Source: Marsupella aquatica
Taxonomy: Eukaryota > Plantae > Marchantiophyta
Reading direction: 5' to 3'
Assembly (NCBI GenBank): GCA_973895155.1
Contig: OZ316891.1
Location: 28,879,611-28,943,610 of the forward strand
Length of the DNA stretch: 64,000 nt
Shown: positions 25,504-37,295 of the stretch, in pieces
Layout: each line of letters starts with the position of its first letter
Position numbering within the stretch: the stretch's first letter is position 1
The notes under the pieces: model-generated
Databases searched by the model: none
Told to the model about the DNA's origin: nothing
Seen by the model: the letters and a program-made list of their open reading frames with translations, nothing else
Made by a program: the position numbers and the translations under genes

Positions 25504-25835
25504 TTACATGGAACGAAATGGCCATAGAGGTGAATGATTCGAGTTTGGAACAACCTTCAGTTTCCCGTATTGGTGAAGAGCCAATTCTACGTTGAATCAT
25601 TCCCGATAAGACAACTCAAAAAAGTGGGTTCGACGCCCAGAATCTGCTTGGTCACACACTACTGATTGCATAGAAAGGAAGGACGTTTCTCTGGTCGTAG
25701 AGGTGAATAATCAGAATTTGAAGCAACCTTCCAGAAATGGTGGTGACGACCCAAATCTACCTGCATCGTTTCTGAGAAGACGTGAATTTCAAAGAGGGCT
25801 AGGCGTCCCAACATCTGCTTGACTTCATATTGAAT
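25383..25835 (+). repeat. Three diverged ~150-175-bp tandem copies of the terminal coding segment of paralog A
   Basis: Units start at ~25383, 25535 and 25708. They share TTTG(G/A)A(G/A)CAACCTTC..CCAA(T/A)TCTAC..GA(G/T)AAGAC..CG(T/C)CC(C)A..GCTTG..TA(C/T)TGA. Confidence 0.85.
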
Positions 25836-27115
25836 AGGTACAACCAAAGGAGGTTACTTTAGCTATAGAGGTACCTGTGATGTACGGTAACCAGCAGGTT
25901 TAGGGTTTATCCAAGCAACTGAGGATGCAAGAAAGTAATGAATCACAGTCTACAGTACTGTAGTCAGAGGTATAGTGAAGAACCAGTTCGTTTGCCTCAC
26001 TGTCTTGAAATGAAGACATTGTATAGGTTTCAAATGGTTTTGAAAGAGGAAGAGGCACTTCATGTAACTGGAGGGCGGAGTCCATCGTTGAATCACAAAC
26101 CTGTACAGTAAGTCTTTTTTCCGTCTAGGGTGGTGAGAAATTGCTAACTGCAATTAAGCTATTCCTGTTCGTGTAGGATAGTCAGTTAGTCATGTCCCAA
26201 CCACTGGACTTCGAGGCTGTCCGCATTGGTCCCGCTGGTGAGCGTTGCCCTGCACAAGGCCTTCACCAGCACTTTTGAATGACGGGCATCATGCAAGACC
26301 GTCACTGCTTTGTTTTCTGTCGTTTGACAATCTTCGGCACATCCGACTTCTTTGTGTAGATAGCAATGGAATTCATACTTCCGCACAGCGACATTTATCG
26401 ACAATGCATAGAATATCGATATTTGCCACAGATTTAAGTGCAAAATTCTCACAGGCAGAGGGCAGTAACGGATTGGATGGATTTCTTGATTGTTTCGTGA
26501 CGGCAGACTGTGTTTTCAGATATTCATGGAGTGGCTGGTCCCTCCCCAAGAGGCGAGGGATCTAATCATCGAGTATACTGTATCATCGAAGTCTTGCAGC
26601 ATTTCCATGTCCTGCAAAGTCCATTGCTGAAGAACAATTGCTTTGCATTGAATGCTCATCTACAAGTATTAGCGGAGATAGCTAATGACTCCCAGGAACC
26701 CGGAGCCAGCCAAATGTCGGACTCTTGCGACTATTCCTAGCAGACAGCCGGTGAATGCATTTCCAGATCTCTTCATGTGCAGTTACCAAAAAGTCATAAA
26801 ATTCCCGCACGTGAAAGCACTTTGGGTATCTCGTCGCTTCCGTGATTTGCGAAATTATGCATGCAGCAGGAATGTGTGCAGTATTTACACTGGGAGATGG
26901 TATTTTCTCCCGAGCGGGTGTACTGAAATATCCTCACCGGGGAGGAGCTAACCATTTCTTGTTGCACGAAAAAGGCGTGCATGGAGGTCTGGAACTTCTC
27001 AAGGCAAAGAGAAATGGGAGGGTTTTCAGATGCAGTTATGCATGGTGCCTTTCTGATGAAACCCTACAGCACGAAATCAAAGAGGTGTTCATCAATCGCA
27101 GCATTCGAGAAACTA

Positions 27116-27209
27116 GGGTTCAAAATGGGTCCAAAACAGTGGGAAGGAATGGATCTCTCAGTCTCATGGTCTAAACTTCCTTCCCATTGTTTTGGACCCA
27201 ATTCGACCC
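27116..27209 (+). ncRNA. Pre-miRNA-like fold-back hairpin (candidate)
   Basis: 27126-27149 TGGGTCCAAAACAGTGGGAAGGAA pairs with 27177-27200 TTCCTTCCCATTGTTTTGGACCCA (23 WC + 1 G:U). Inner TGGATC/GGTCTA and outer GGGTT/GACCC pairs extend the stem using G:U pairs that form only on the + strand. Confidence 0.5.
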
Positions 27210-27344
27210 AAAGACCAGGGCAGGATTCGAGCAGCGTTCCTCCAGGCTCACCCATCAAAGCTTCAGTTGGCAAATGTGGAAGCTGTGACTCCCAGTCTGG
27301 AATCTGAGCATGACGTTAGAAGTAACTGGAATGTTGGCCAGTTC

Positions 27345-27450
27345 AACGCTAATATACTCGACCGTTCTGCTTCTGGGGATTGAGCGAAGGTATGAAACGT
27401 TAAAATACTCGACCGTTCTGCTTCTTGCGGTTGAGTAAAGGTATGGAAAG
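27345..27450. repeat. ~51-bp tandem duplication
   Basis: ATACTCGACCGTTCTGCTTCT..TTGAG..AAGGTATG occurs twice. Confidence 0.85.
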
Positions 27451-28558
27451 CATTCTATGTGCACCGTAACGAACGCAAATAGCTCTCAATTGAGTCAATC
27501 ACTAAGGGTGCTAACTAAAAATTACTTACTGTAGAGCCTCAATATTCTAGAATACGAGTTGCAGTAATATCACCCTCATTCCAGGAAAACAAGATCATTT
27601 ATAACACCGGACACCCGCCATTGATATCCAGTTTGGCCCGCTTACTTGAAAATTGATTTGCTTGCATCATTAATCTAGATTTGACCCGTCCAAGGTAATA
27701 ATTTCAATCATAGTTTTCTCAATCCAGATACTTACTTGCAATAGAAGTCTTGATTCCTACAGAAAAAATGGTAAAAGAGGGGTATGCAGACATACTGTCA
27801 TATACTGCATTCCCTATCATTCAACCAGGCAATCGAGACAACTCAGCCTTACAAACTCTTCAGAATTGAACGGACATCTTCAGACGTGGAATAGAATAGA
27901 CAGAATTAACAGCTATTTTTCGGGTGCAGCCACGGAGCTCAATCATCTTTCAATTTTTATGTACGAAGTGCTAATTATGAATTGTTTAAATTTTCCCGCG
28001 CGGGAGTTCTGACATAACCCTCGGGGACTGACCAGATCAAGCATGTCTTCATTTGGAGACTTCTCCGTAATAGATCTCTCATCACTAGTTGTGTCTTCCT
28101 TCTCTGAAGGCCTTTCGTCTGACATCATTCTATCTACTCTATAGCAGTTCTGAGACCTCCCATCTCTCATCGATCATAGCCTCTCATTTTCTTCAATTGA
28201 GAGCAGAGTCGATAGCTTTGCTTGGTTTGATTCAACGCCCTCAATGAGAGCTGAGAGGGAAGCTTGAGCCTGGACACCATTCATCACCCCCGGGGGACTC
28301 TTGCCTAATTCTAAAATGCGATTAATGGCAGCAGTTTTGCTGAAGTTGCAGGGCACTCCTTGCCTGAATGAAAGACTTGGTAATTTGATGATCAATCGAG
28401 TATTATGACGAACATCAAATAATAGGTCTTCTGAAGAAGGAACTGCGTGCTCGCTCTATGGCGACTCGTGGAAGGTCTTAGCTGCTCCACGCTTCAAGAA
28501 ACTTGCGGAAAGGGAATAAAGTTGGGGAAGCGGGTGTGGACGATACTCTATCCGCATG

Positions 28559-30067
28559 CTATACTCCCCAAACGGTTCCGTATGTGCCATTATAGAGATT
28601 TCTATACGGATGGCGAAGACCCGTGGAGATATCCTTAATGTTGCGTTTCTTCTTGCTCTCGGGCTCTCGTCCAATCTCTTGAGTTGAGTCCAGGCTTTGC
28701 ACTTGATGCTCTCTTTGGGAATCAGGCGACTCGCTCTGCAAGTTTCTTCCAGTCTCCCAAGTTGAGTCCAAAACTTCTTCTCGACTGAAAATTTGATCCT
28801 CTGTGGAATAAGCGGGCCATTTGCTCTTGGCTTTACATCCTACCTCCCAAGTCGAGTGCAGGCCAGTTACCAAGAGCCTCCAGTCATGCAAATCCTGTTC
28901 ATTGTAACCCGGAATGGTTGGACTCCCCCAGCTTGAATTCACCATCAAAAACCGTTTGCTCCGTCTCTTCTTACTCGGTCTCTTCTCGGTCTGCAGAGAA
29001 TTTACACCCTCATTAGTAGACGCATCTTTGTAAGAGTCATCAAATCTTACCCTACATAGAGTGCGGGTGTTTGACACAATTCACAGATGATTACAATGCG
29101 AAAATTATCAATCTCTTAAACCCTAAACCCTCCCCGAAAGGAAATCCGGAGGAGCACCCACTAAATGCTCGCTGTCAAAACATTCATTTGGGAGTTGTTT
29201 ATTAATCTCTTGAACCTCAAACCCCACCTCTAAGGGAACCCAAAAGGGAGCTTCACTACTATGAGGAATGAAAAAGGTGTTTCATGGTACAATGAATGAA
29301 TTGATGCACTTTTGAGCATGCAAAAACGATGAGAAACAGGACGAAAAAGAAGTGAAGGAGAGTGAAAAACATAGAGGCGTTACCAAGGCGAGAGCGTTGT
29401 GCTGTCGTCCCGTGACAACAGCAACGATTGCGTGAGAACCATCTGTTGATGTCCACCCACGCCCATGCTTCCGGCTGGCAATTGCAGCAGGTGACTCTCC
29501 AGTTTCCAGGTGCACTAGATAGTCGTGTACATTACTGAAGCCAACCTCCCGAGCAGTCCGAACAAGCAGTCCCGTCGGCTGCAGGTTTCGCGATTTCCTA
29601 CATGGCCCGCAATTACAACTGCACATGGAAGAATACTAATCAGATACGATGGGGTGGGAGGTGGGGAGAAGGGAAAGTGTTCGAAGAGCATGACTGCAAT
29701 CCCAGTCCGGAGAAAGTTGCACCCACCAGGTTTTGTAGCAGCCTGGGCCACAACCTCCACGGCACCTGGGGCACACCCATCGCACGTTCTCCCTGAGCTC
29801 CAACTCAATGTTCTCTCCATGGCGATTACGAAGACACCGACCGCAGAATCTGAGTGGGCAGCGCGAGCATGTCACATGGTCCTCAATCGATCTCTGCCTA
29901 CAATTGTGACAGATCACCCCGAAAACTGCATCCTCTATATTCCCTCGTTTCCTCACCCTCTTGTCCTTGTCATTCTTGTGGGGTCTTCTATCAGGACTAT
30001 CCACGACCTCGGGCAGTTTATCAGGACTATCAGCACCATCCGCATCGTCGGGTTGAGCCATCATCAT
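28559..30067 (-). CDS. CDCA7-like zf-4CXXC_R1 zinc-finger protein, paralog B (exons 30067-29727, 29618-29384, ~28990-28559)
   Basis: CHNCRQR..CSRC..FCGRCLRNRHGE..WVCPRCRGGCGPGCYKTC|CNCGPCR..GFSNVHDYL. The first intron sits in the same Cys codon and phase as in paralog A. The exon 3 acceptor is inferred (TCTCTGCAG|ACC). Confidence 0.82.
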
Positions 30068-30869
30068 TGTCCAGAAAGCTGTTTGCCGTGAGTAACGAAG
30101 AAGGAGCAGCGACCTCCTCTTCTCCCAAAAAGCAAGGATCCCATAAAGTAGGTATCGCCTGATCAATACCACTCAAAATGAAAAGCCAAAAACCCTCGAG
30201 AACTGTGGCTAATTATAAATGTCATGATGGACCCTGACTTCAGCAGAACCTCTCTGGAGACTGAAAATTCTTACTTTATTCGTCATGAAACGCAGACACT
30301 AGACTCCGCGTGCACACATTGGTACTACATGTGCTCCACTCGGGAGGCTGCTCTTTCAGCCGTGGCTCAACTCCGTTCCAACTCTCTCTGTGGCGCAAAA
30401 CAGAGTCAAACTTTCCCAAGTACTTCACTTATGCAGACAGCGATCCGTGCCCACGACGACTACCAGGATCTGCACACGTCTGCTTTTCCGTTTCACTGCT
30501 AAGCGATGGCCCGATTTTGCTCCGACTCCCCAATGCTGGCATTTGCTCGATGGCGACGCGTATCGTGCAAGTCGAAGTACTACTGACGGATCACTGTCCA
30601 ATAAAAAGCCGTGGCCTAATACTTCCGGTCCAACTCCCCGAGACACGCGCGTGCTCTCCTGCGATTCGTCCATGTTCTCCAAACCGAACCGATTGTTGCT
30701 GTTGGTTGCTGGTTGCTTTCACGAGCGCATTCCGTTGCTTCGCCAGTCAAACTCCTCGACCAGCATTGTGCTCCCTGTCTTCTCCTCGATGTCGGTTGGC
30801 TGGAATCATGCGACAAATTCGGAGCTGTGGCAAACGGTCACAGATGTTCTTGAGCTTGTTCGCTAATAT

Positions 30870-30893
30870 AAGAAGAAGAAGAAGAAGAAGAAG
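30870..30893. repeat. (AGA)8 microsatellite, probably in the 5' UTR of paralog B
   Basis: AGAAGAAGAAGAAGAAGAAGAAGA. Confidence 0.9.
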
Positions 30894-31373
30894 AGGGATG
30901 GGGCGGCTTCCGTTCCTCAGGTAATCTTGGGCAACACGGAAACTCCCTGTCGAACGCTTCCCCTCTGTTGAATCCTGACGAATGTCGCAAATTCCGATCC
31001 AGACATTGGTTTTTTGAGGTCAAAATTCCTGGAGAAGGAGGAGGAGAGGGAGATGAGAGGACTGTCCTCGGTGGGGGAAGAGTGGAAGACGATGAGGCGT
31101 TTTGCTATCGAAGGATAATATATACTTTTTTTTCTAGTTGCTTTCAGGCTAACTAATAAGTTGACCTTCGTGGACTCGTGTCAAGAAGGACAAAACGTCA
31201 TGGCTGTGGCCTCGAACAGACCAACAAGCAAGATTAGATAATGGTGGCAGTGCTCCTCCTCCTTCGAGGGCTGGGCCGCCCCATTGTGTTTCTTGGAATG
31301 GAACCAGTCAACCCTACAATATGCAATCCCGCCAAAACTCTCTGATGGCTCTTTGAATTGAGTTGCGAATGGG

Positions 31374-31505
31374 AATAAATCTTGGCCGTCGGATGATGAG
31401 CCTATTTGTTTGTTGTTGCACCCAGCCCCTCTTAAAGCCAATAAATCTTGGCTGTTGGATGATGAGCCTATTTTATTTCTTTTGTACCTAGCCCCTCCTA
31501 AAGCC
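31374..31505. repeat. 66-bp tandem duplication
   Basis: AATAAATCTTGGC(C/T)GT(C/T)GGATGATGAGCCTATTT...AGCCCCTC(T/C)TAAAGCC occurs twice. Confidence 0.9.
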
Positions 31506-31614
31506 TGCCCACATGCTAGGCCAACTTGCCTACTCCCCATAGTGTATGATTGCCTGGCCATCTCACTTGGCTCTGATAACACTTTCACCCATGTTAAAGT
31601 TATAATAGCCTAAT

Positions 31615-32868
31615 GCGGAATTTAACAGGTTCTATGACAAGATTCCACAAAGCAATGTCACCAACACTGGCGAATTACAGGACTGCGCCGGCTGGCAATG
31701 GAACTGGAGGGGAAGGAATAGAGGTTGGCATTTCTCCACTCGGATTTGGGGACAATGCTCCAGGTCCACGACATTGGACGTTACTCAGCTGAATCAAAGA
31801 TGGAGCCAAACTAGTACTACTAGATGTTGGCAACAATACTGGAAGAAACTCTGGGGAGGCTGGTCCTTCCCCAAGGTGAGATTTTTTCTTTGGAGACTAC
31901 TGAATCATGGATTCTTTACTAATGGCAGGGCCAGCCATTGGGAGGTTTCAGACGGCACTTGTAGTAGGTGCAAGAGCCAATTCGAGCACGCTGAACATCT
32001 GTTCTTCAATAGCTGGACCGTTACTACGAGATGGAGAGAGGTAACAACAACTGGTTCAGCAGGCTAACGCCCTCAAAACACCGCAAGGATCACTTTACAA
32101 AGCAATCAGGTGCTTTGAAGATGCATAAAAGGAAACCAGGGCCAGTGGTCATGCTCATGGAGATGTGCTCGAGTATTTGGAAGCAGAGAAATGCAACCAC
32201 CTACTCCCGTTTCTGAGGACGTCTTCCCAGATGGATCGTATTGAGGAACACCTAAACTCATCTGTCTACTATGATGGATACCTACCATTCGGAGAGAAAA
32301 CCGAAACAGCTAAGGCGCGCACTTACTCAACTCCAGGTTGTTCTAAAGCCATGAGAGACTATCGACAGCCCTCTTGCCCTGAACTTAGACGAAGATGATG
32401 TATAAGAACCATTTTGACCTGGAGAGAAAGGACTACACTAGTCAGGATCACCTCACTGACTGTGGTAATGGGAGAAACAATGGCAACAACACCTGGTGGG
32501 ATCTGCTCAGGATGATGAGACCTAGTAAAAGGAGCATCAGTAGAAACAAGAAGGGACCTCAGATGAGTAGAAAGACAAAAATTGAAAACACAAACTTAAT
32601 GACTGGGTTGGACACTACTAGGAGCACATAGGACAGGTTGAGGATTTGCACTTTAGACAAACAGAATAGGACTTTTCCTTCCGGAGATGATTTTGATGTT
32701 AACTTCCCCTGGTCCGACTAGTTTGATTTTTTGTTGGCTGTTTGTGGCTCCGGGGTGTTGGGCCCTTCTTGTTTTCCTTGTTCAGGTGGTTGTTGCTCCC
32801 CTGCCTGTTTTTGATGCGTCTCCGCGCCCCCCCCCCCCCCCCCTTTTTGAAACAAAAACCAAAAAAAC
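31615..32868 (+). mobile_element. 5'-truncated L1-type LINE (ORF2 C-terminus with zf-RVT domain, 3' UTR and A-rich tail)
   Basis: WKKLWGGWSFPKVRFFLWRLLNHGFFTN..CSRCKSQFEHAEHLFF and frameshifted IWKQRN. Ends in a poly-C tract followed by AAACAAAAACCAAAAAAA. TSD not found. Confidence 0.85.
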
Positions 32869-33439
32869 TAGGTGAAATTTTTCACCCTCCCTCATGCTGT
32901 ATGTTGTGCTGTCCTTCGCATACTTCCAAGAAAAAGATGCAAGCAGCCTAATAGCTCTCATCAATGACGAAAAGGTCTCATTGATACATTAAACCAATAT
33001 TAACCATACAATTATCAATCAAGCTCTGGATTGCGATCTATTTCTGCAAATCCTTGTCCATGTGATGTGATGGAGCTTGCTAATATCACCCCTTGATCTA
33101 ATCTCCATCCAACAGATCTTGTAAAGACAATTGGCATGGTTAGATTTAGGCTAAGAGATACATTCAACTCTGAGAAATAAGCTACAAACTTGCTACAAAT
33201 CGAAGAAAATTAATCCCCACAAAAAATCATTGTTTGTTGGCATCATCAGTGTGGAATTGGCAAAAAATTTAAAAATGTGCTGAATTGGGATAAATTCAGA
33301 TGTAGTGGCTCATTGAACTCATTCAAAAAGCTTGGAAAGAGAAGGGGTGATCAAAGGGAGATTAATTATTTTTTTGGAAATGCATGAACAAGTGCCTACA
33401 GATCTTTTCTGATAAAGCACAAAATAATTGGTGGCCATA

Positions 33440-34340
33440 GTTGCAAAAGTTGCCACACCCCAACAAGCATAACTTTACCCTAAACCCTAAACTTGATTGG
33501 AGCACCATTGTGAGGACCAAAAAAGGAGAATTGTATGGAGCCTGTAGGGAAGCACTACGAGAGGAACAAGCCTAGAGGTCTTGAGAATAGGACCAACAAG
33601 TTCCTTGAGAGCAAGTGGGGTGACATCTGCAAGGCTACCACCAGATTTATTGTCTACCACAAATCAGTCAAAGACCTGGACATTTCGGCACAAAAACCAA
33701 GGACACTTTCAACAAGGCTAAAGAACTTTTCAAGCAATGTCATCCCAAGGGCAAGGAATTCACATTCTCTATTTGCTACTACAGCTTGAAGGATTGCCCA
33801 AGGTGGATGATGTCAGAGGATTAGGGCAGTTGGTGCTCAATTGTGAGCTCAATTGGAGACTGAGTACTGAAGGACATAAGGCGGGACATAAGGAGAACAA
33901 CTGTCCTTCTAGAGAGGGAGTCTAGGTTGGATTGGAAAGTGACATTCTGGAAGCAAACAATGTAATAGTAACAAGAGGCCTGTTAAATCTAAATTGGCCA
34001 AAGAGAATGCCAATAAAGGGAGGGTTCAAGCAAATGCATTCAAGGTTTCAACCCAAGCTCAACAGGTAATGGCTCAAATGGGAGTACAACACTTGAGAGT
34101 TCTGGAAAATCAGACATTTATGAATATGCTTACCTTGCCCATTGAGCATCTCAACAGTGAGACCAAGGATTTCTTGAATTTGTGGAGGTTAAATGAGATG
34201 GCTAAGTTGAAGGCAAGAATGTCTCCTATGTTTGCTCCAATGCGGTTACAACAACAAGGTCTTCTCTGCCTGCTGTTGTGCCAAATGATGAAGAGGAACC
34301 CCTCATTGTTGTATGTCGAGACATACAATCAGAGTTGACT
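33440..34340 (+). pseudogene. Harbinger Myb/SANT ORF1 pseudogene
   Basis: RTNKFLESKWGDICKATTRF..KAKELFKQCHPKGKEFTF..LKDCPRW aligns by eye with the 7182-8330 protein. Frameshifts and stops. Confidence 0.8.
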
Positions 34341-34530
34341 TTGTACCAAAGATTGCATGTCTGGATCACTGTACAGACATGGTAAGTCACAAGATTTCAT
34401 TTCATAATCCTCCCACAAACCACTCCCACGAACCACGATGTACAGAATTTTTTAGAGGAGCACTCCGTAGAGCTCACCTTTATTTAATTACCTGTCTTGC
34501 TTGCAAGTCACTCTCAACTCTGTTCTAGTC

Positions 34531-35062
34531 ATGGCAGCCCATGAGAACTTCTACTCCTCAAGCAACAATTCACAATGTCCACATCTTTGGGTTCCACTGC
34601 ACACTCCACGCCATGCCCATCGATAGTGAGACCCAAAGGTGAAGTCCCAATAGTGATTGAAGAAGAAGGCCACCCTACACCCTATACATAAAAGTGGGAA
34701 TGTCTTGTATGAGTGGGCAAAAACTGAGTGTGAGAGGCAATATATTGCTACTTTCTTTGTAGGACTAAGGCAATGATGAGGAATGGAATTGTGACTCTAT
34801 TGATGAAAACTACGGTTAGTAGGGTACATAGCCTGTTCTTGCTTCTCATTTATTGTATTGTATTACTATTATAACTCATGTCTTCTTAATTCTGTCTTGG
34901 TTTCTCTCAATGCACAGGACATTGAAAAAAAGTGGGATGGGCAATCATGGCTTCATTTAAGATGACATGTTGAATGTTGCTAAGTACCAGCTCAAAATGG
35001 AGGCACACATTTTGACAGGATGGAGGGCCAAGTTTGACCAATAGTATGGACTATATGTAATT
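34531..35062 (+). pseudogene. Decayed third gene of unknown function inside the Harbinger
   Basis: ATG at 34531, GT-AG intron ~34817-34917, coding-like peptides LYEWAKTECERQYIATFF and LKMEAHILTGWRAKFDQ. Stops and frameshifts. Confidence 0.35.
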
Positions 35063-35189
35063 GCAATAGAGACACATTCATGTAGGGCAGAACATGGATG
35101 AATAAATAAGTGCACTTCATTTCACCATTGTCCTATATAGTTTCATTCATGCTATATTATTCCAAGTTCAATCCTGCAGCTCACTTTGC

Positions 35190-36743
35190 AGCTTGAATGT
35201 CACCCTTTCGCTTCCACAAGTACTTATGTCATTCCTTAGATTGTAGTGGCTACTTACACTCTCTAGCTCCTTTGAGGCAGCCAGGTACTCTGTCCAGGGC
35301 ATACTTCCTCTATGCAAAGTCAATAGAGGACCAGCCTCAACCCGGAAATCGTCATGATAGTCTCCTCCCTCATCTCCTATGATCACATTGTGTAAAATAA
35401 TGCAAACCATGATAATAGTGTGGACTCTCTCCAGATGCCACAACCTTACGAGCTATTTCACAATTCCCCATTATTCTGGTTTGTAGAATGCCAAATGCTC
35501 TCTCCACATCCTTCCTGACACCCTCTTGGCACCTGGCAAACAAACTCTTCTTCTCTGTTTAAGGCTTGTGAATTGTGCTGACAAAATAGAACCACTTTGG
35601 ATAAATGTAGTCTACCAGATGGTAACCATGTTTGTACTCTATGCCATTCACCTTGTAGGGGAATGCTCATAATGTTGATGGAACATGTCATGAACCAAAG
35701 GAGATTGGTCTAAAACATTGAAGTCATTGTTCCCACCAAGTAGACCAAAGAATGCATGCCATATCTAGAGTTCTTGATCTGCAATTGCCTCCAATACCAT
35801 GGACTTGTTGCCGTCCTTGTCGGTGAATTGCCCATGCTAGGCAACATGGCAAATTTTCCACTCGGGGGTTTGAGTTCCACAAAAATGGCACATCACGTGC
35901 GACAAAGTATAGGGTCCTTTTATTGGTTCAAATGGAATACTTAAGAATTTTCAGAGAAGAGCAATAGGGTCTTTCAAATCAAATTTTGAGACTTATAAGA
36001 ACATTAGGGTCCTTATAACCAAAATTTTAGAATATTCCAAGAATATTCTAGCTTTATAGGGGTTGAAAAAATATATTTTTTCTTACATTTTAGGGGGTCC
36101 AAGGCCTAAAAACATCGCAGGTGATGGGGAGGCATGCATATAGTGAGATCCCCAAGATTTTCCACTGACCTCATAGTGCATGCAATCTAGTGATGCAAAC
36201 ATTCAAGGAAACCCTCCCCTCATTGACAGCAAGTAATCTCAAGAAATCACTCATATCTGGCTTTTTCAAGTGCGTATGTTCATACAATTCATGGATTGTC
36301 AAACAAAGTACAAATAAGTTAGTGCAATTGATTCTACCAACCTACAGTACTTGTATGTAGCATTGGCTCCAGTTCCAAAAGCAAGTTGTCAAAGAATGCG
36401 CAATTGTGATTTTTTGTGGATCAAATAGTCCCATTTTATTTGCAACATCTTGTTTTTGATCAAAAAGTGTGTAGTGAGCATGAACTGCAAGAAGGATCTT
36501 ATCAAATGATCTACAAGTCATCCTCAACCTAACTCAAAAATCTTTAATTGGTGTTGTATGTATAGTTCTCTGCAAAGTAATCATCCCAAATGAGTTGATG
36601 TCCTCTCTCTTTCTGATCTTTTATGGGCTTCTTCCCTCACACTGATTCCCTCCTGGTTGTCGTTTCTGCTCAATTTGGGTGATTGATTGGAGAGACAAGG
36701 TGCCTATGAGAATGGCCTCCCAGAACTTGTGCTTTTCATCCAT
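35190..36743 (-). pseudogene. Harbinger DDE transposase pseudogene, interrupted by a MITE
   Basis: Remnant motifs MRMTCRSF, QKQDVANKMG, SLDCMH, CIILHNVIIGDE and NLRND, plus a frameshifted KDVERAFG region. Split at the W-K codons by the 35861-36156 insertion. Confidence 0.85.
35861..36156 (+). mobile_element. MITE, CTCGGGG-terminus family, copy 1 (8-bp TSD ATTTTCCA)
   Basis: Termini CTCGGGGG.../...CCCCAAG. ATTTTCCA at 35853-35860 and 36157-36164. Homologous to 55304-55544 and 63519-63794. Confidence 0.9.
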
Positions 36744-37295
36744 TGCAGTGATCTTAACATCAATCTGTGCCTACAATCTTTGTCAGCCAAAAACAGTATG
36801 TTTTGATTGTTTGCACTAAATCAACAATTCTTGCAGCAGTTTGTGGGTTTGAATTGTAAGCAATCATGTTTCACATGGTAACACGTGCCAGGCATGAGTG
36901 CAAGGGTGTAGTTGGATTCGGGCTGAGGAGCGATTCAAGCCGTCCACACCCTGCCAAACAACTTGTGATGTAGGCATCCGGCCCCAAAACTGGTGTGAAC
37001 ACTCTTAGGAGCAAACTTAGATGAGAGAACCCCAATTGGAAAGCATGAGGTATTCTCAGGCATGTTGCCCAACGACCCTATCTAATTGCTATTTCATCAT
37101 TTCCTGCCCCATGCGAGTGGGATGACTCCACAAGCCATCCCAAAGGACCTGGTGCAAACTTCCCTTTCATGTTTTTGGCTTGCTTGATTATTGCCCTGGA
37201 TATTGGACTGGGGTTGCAACTCAGGTACATGGAATAGTACCACAGTAATTTTTAAGGATTTTTCAAATTGCATGTGTGGCCATTTGTATCTTGAG

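Larger units (their letters stand above)
33420..37004. mobile_element. Degenerate PIF/Harbinger element (left boundary unresolved)
   Basis: Convergent Myb-like and transposase pseudogenes. Candidate right TIR TGGTGTGAACACTC followed by TTA at 37005-37007. Confidence 0.75.

Noticed and set aside
29110-29175. Telomerase RNA template
   Set aside because: Has AAACCCTAAACCCT but no USE/TATA promoter upstream and lies in an intron. Better read as a telo-box.
29525-30924. Long + strand ORFs (188, 204 and 158 aa)
   Set aside because: Antisense shadows of paralog B and its GC-rich 5' region, with no recognisable motifs.
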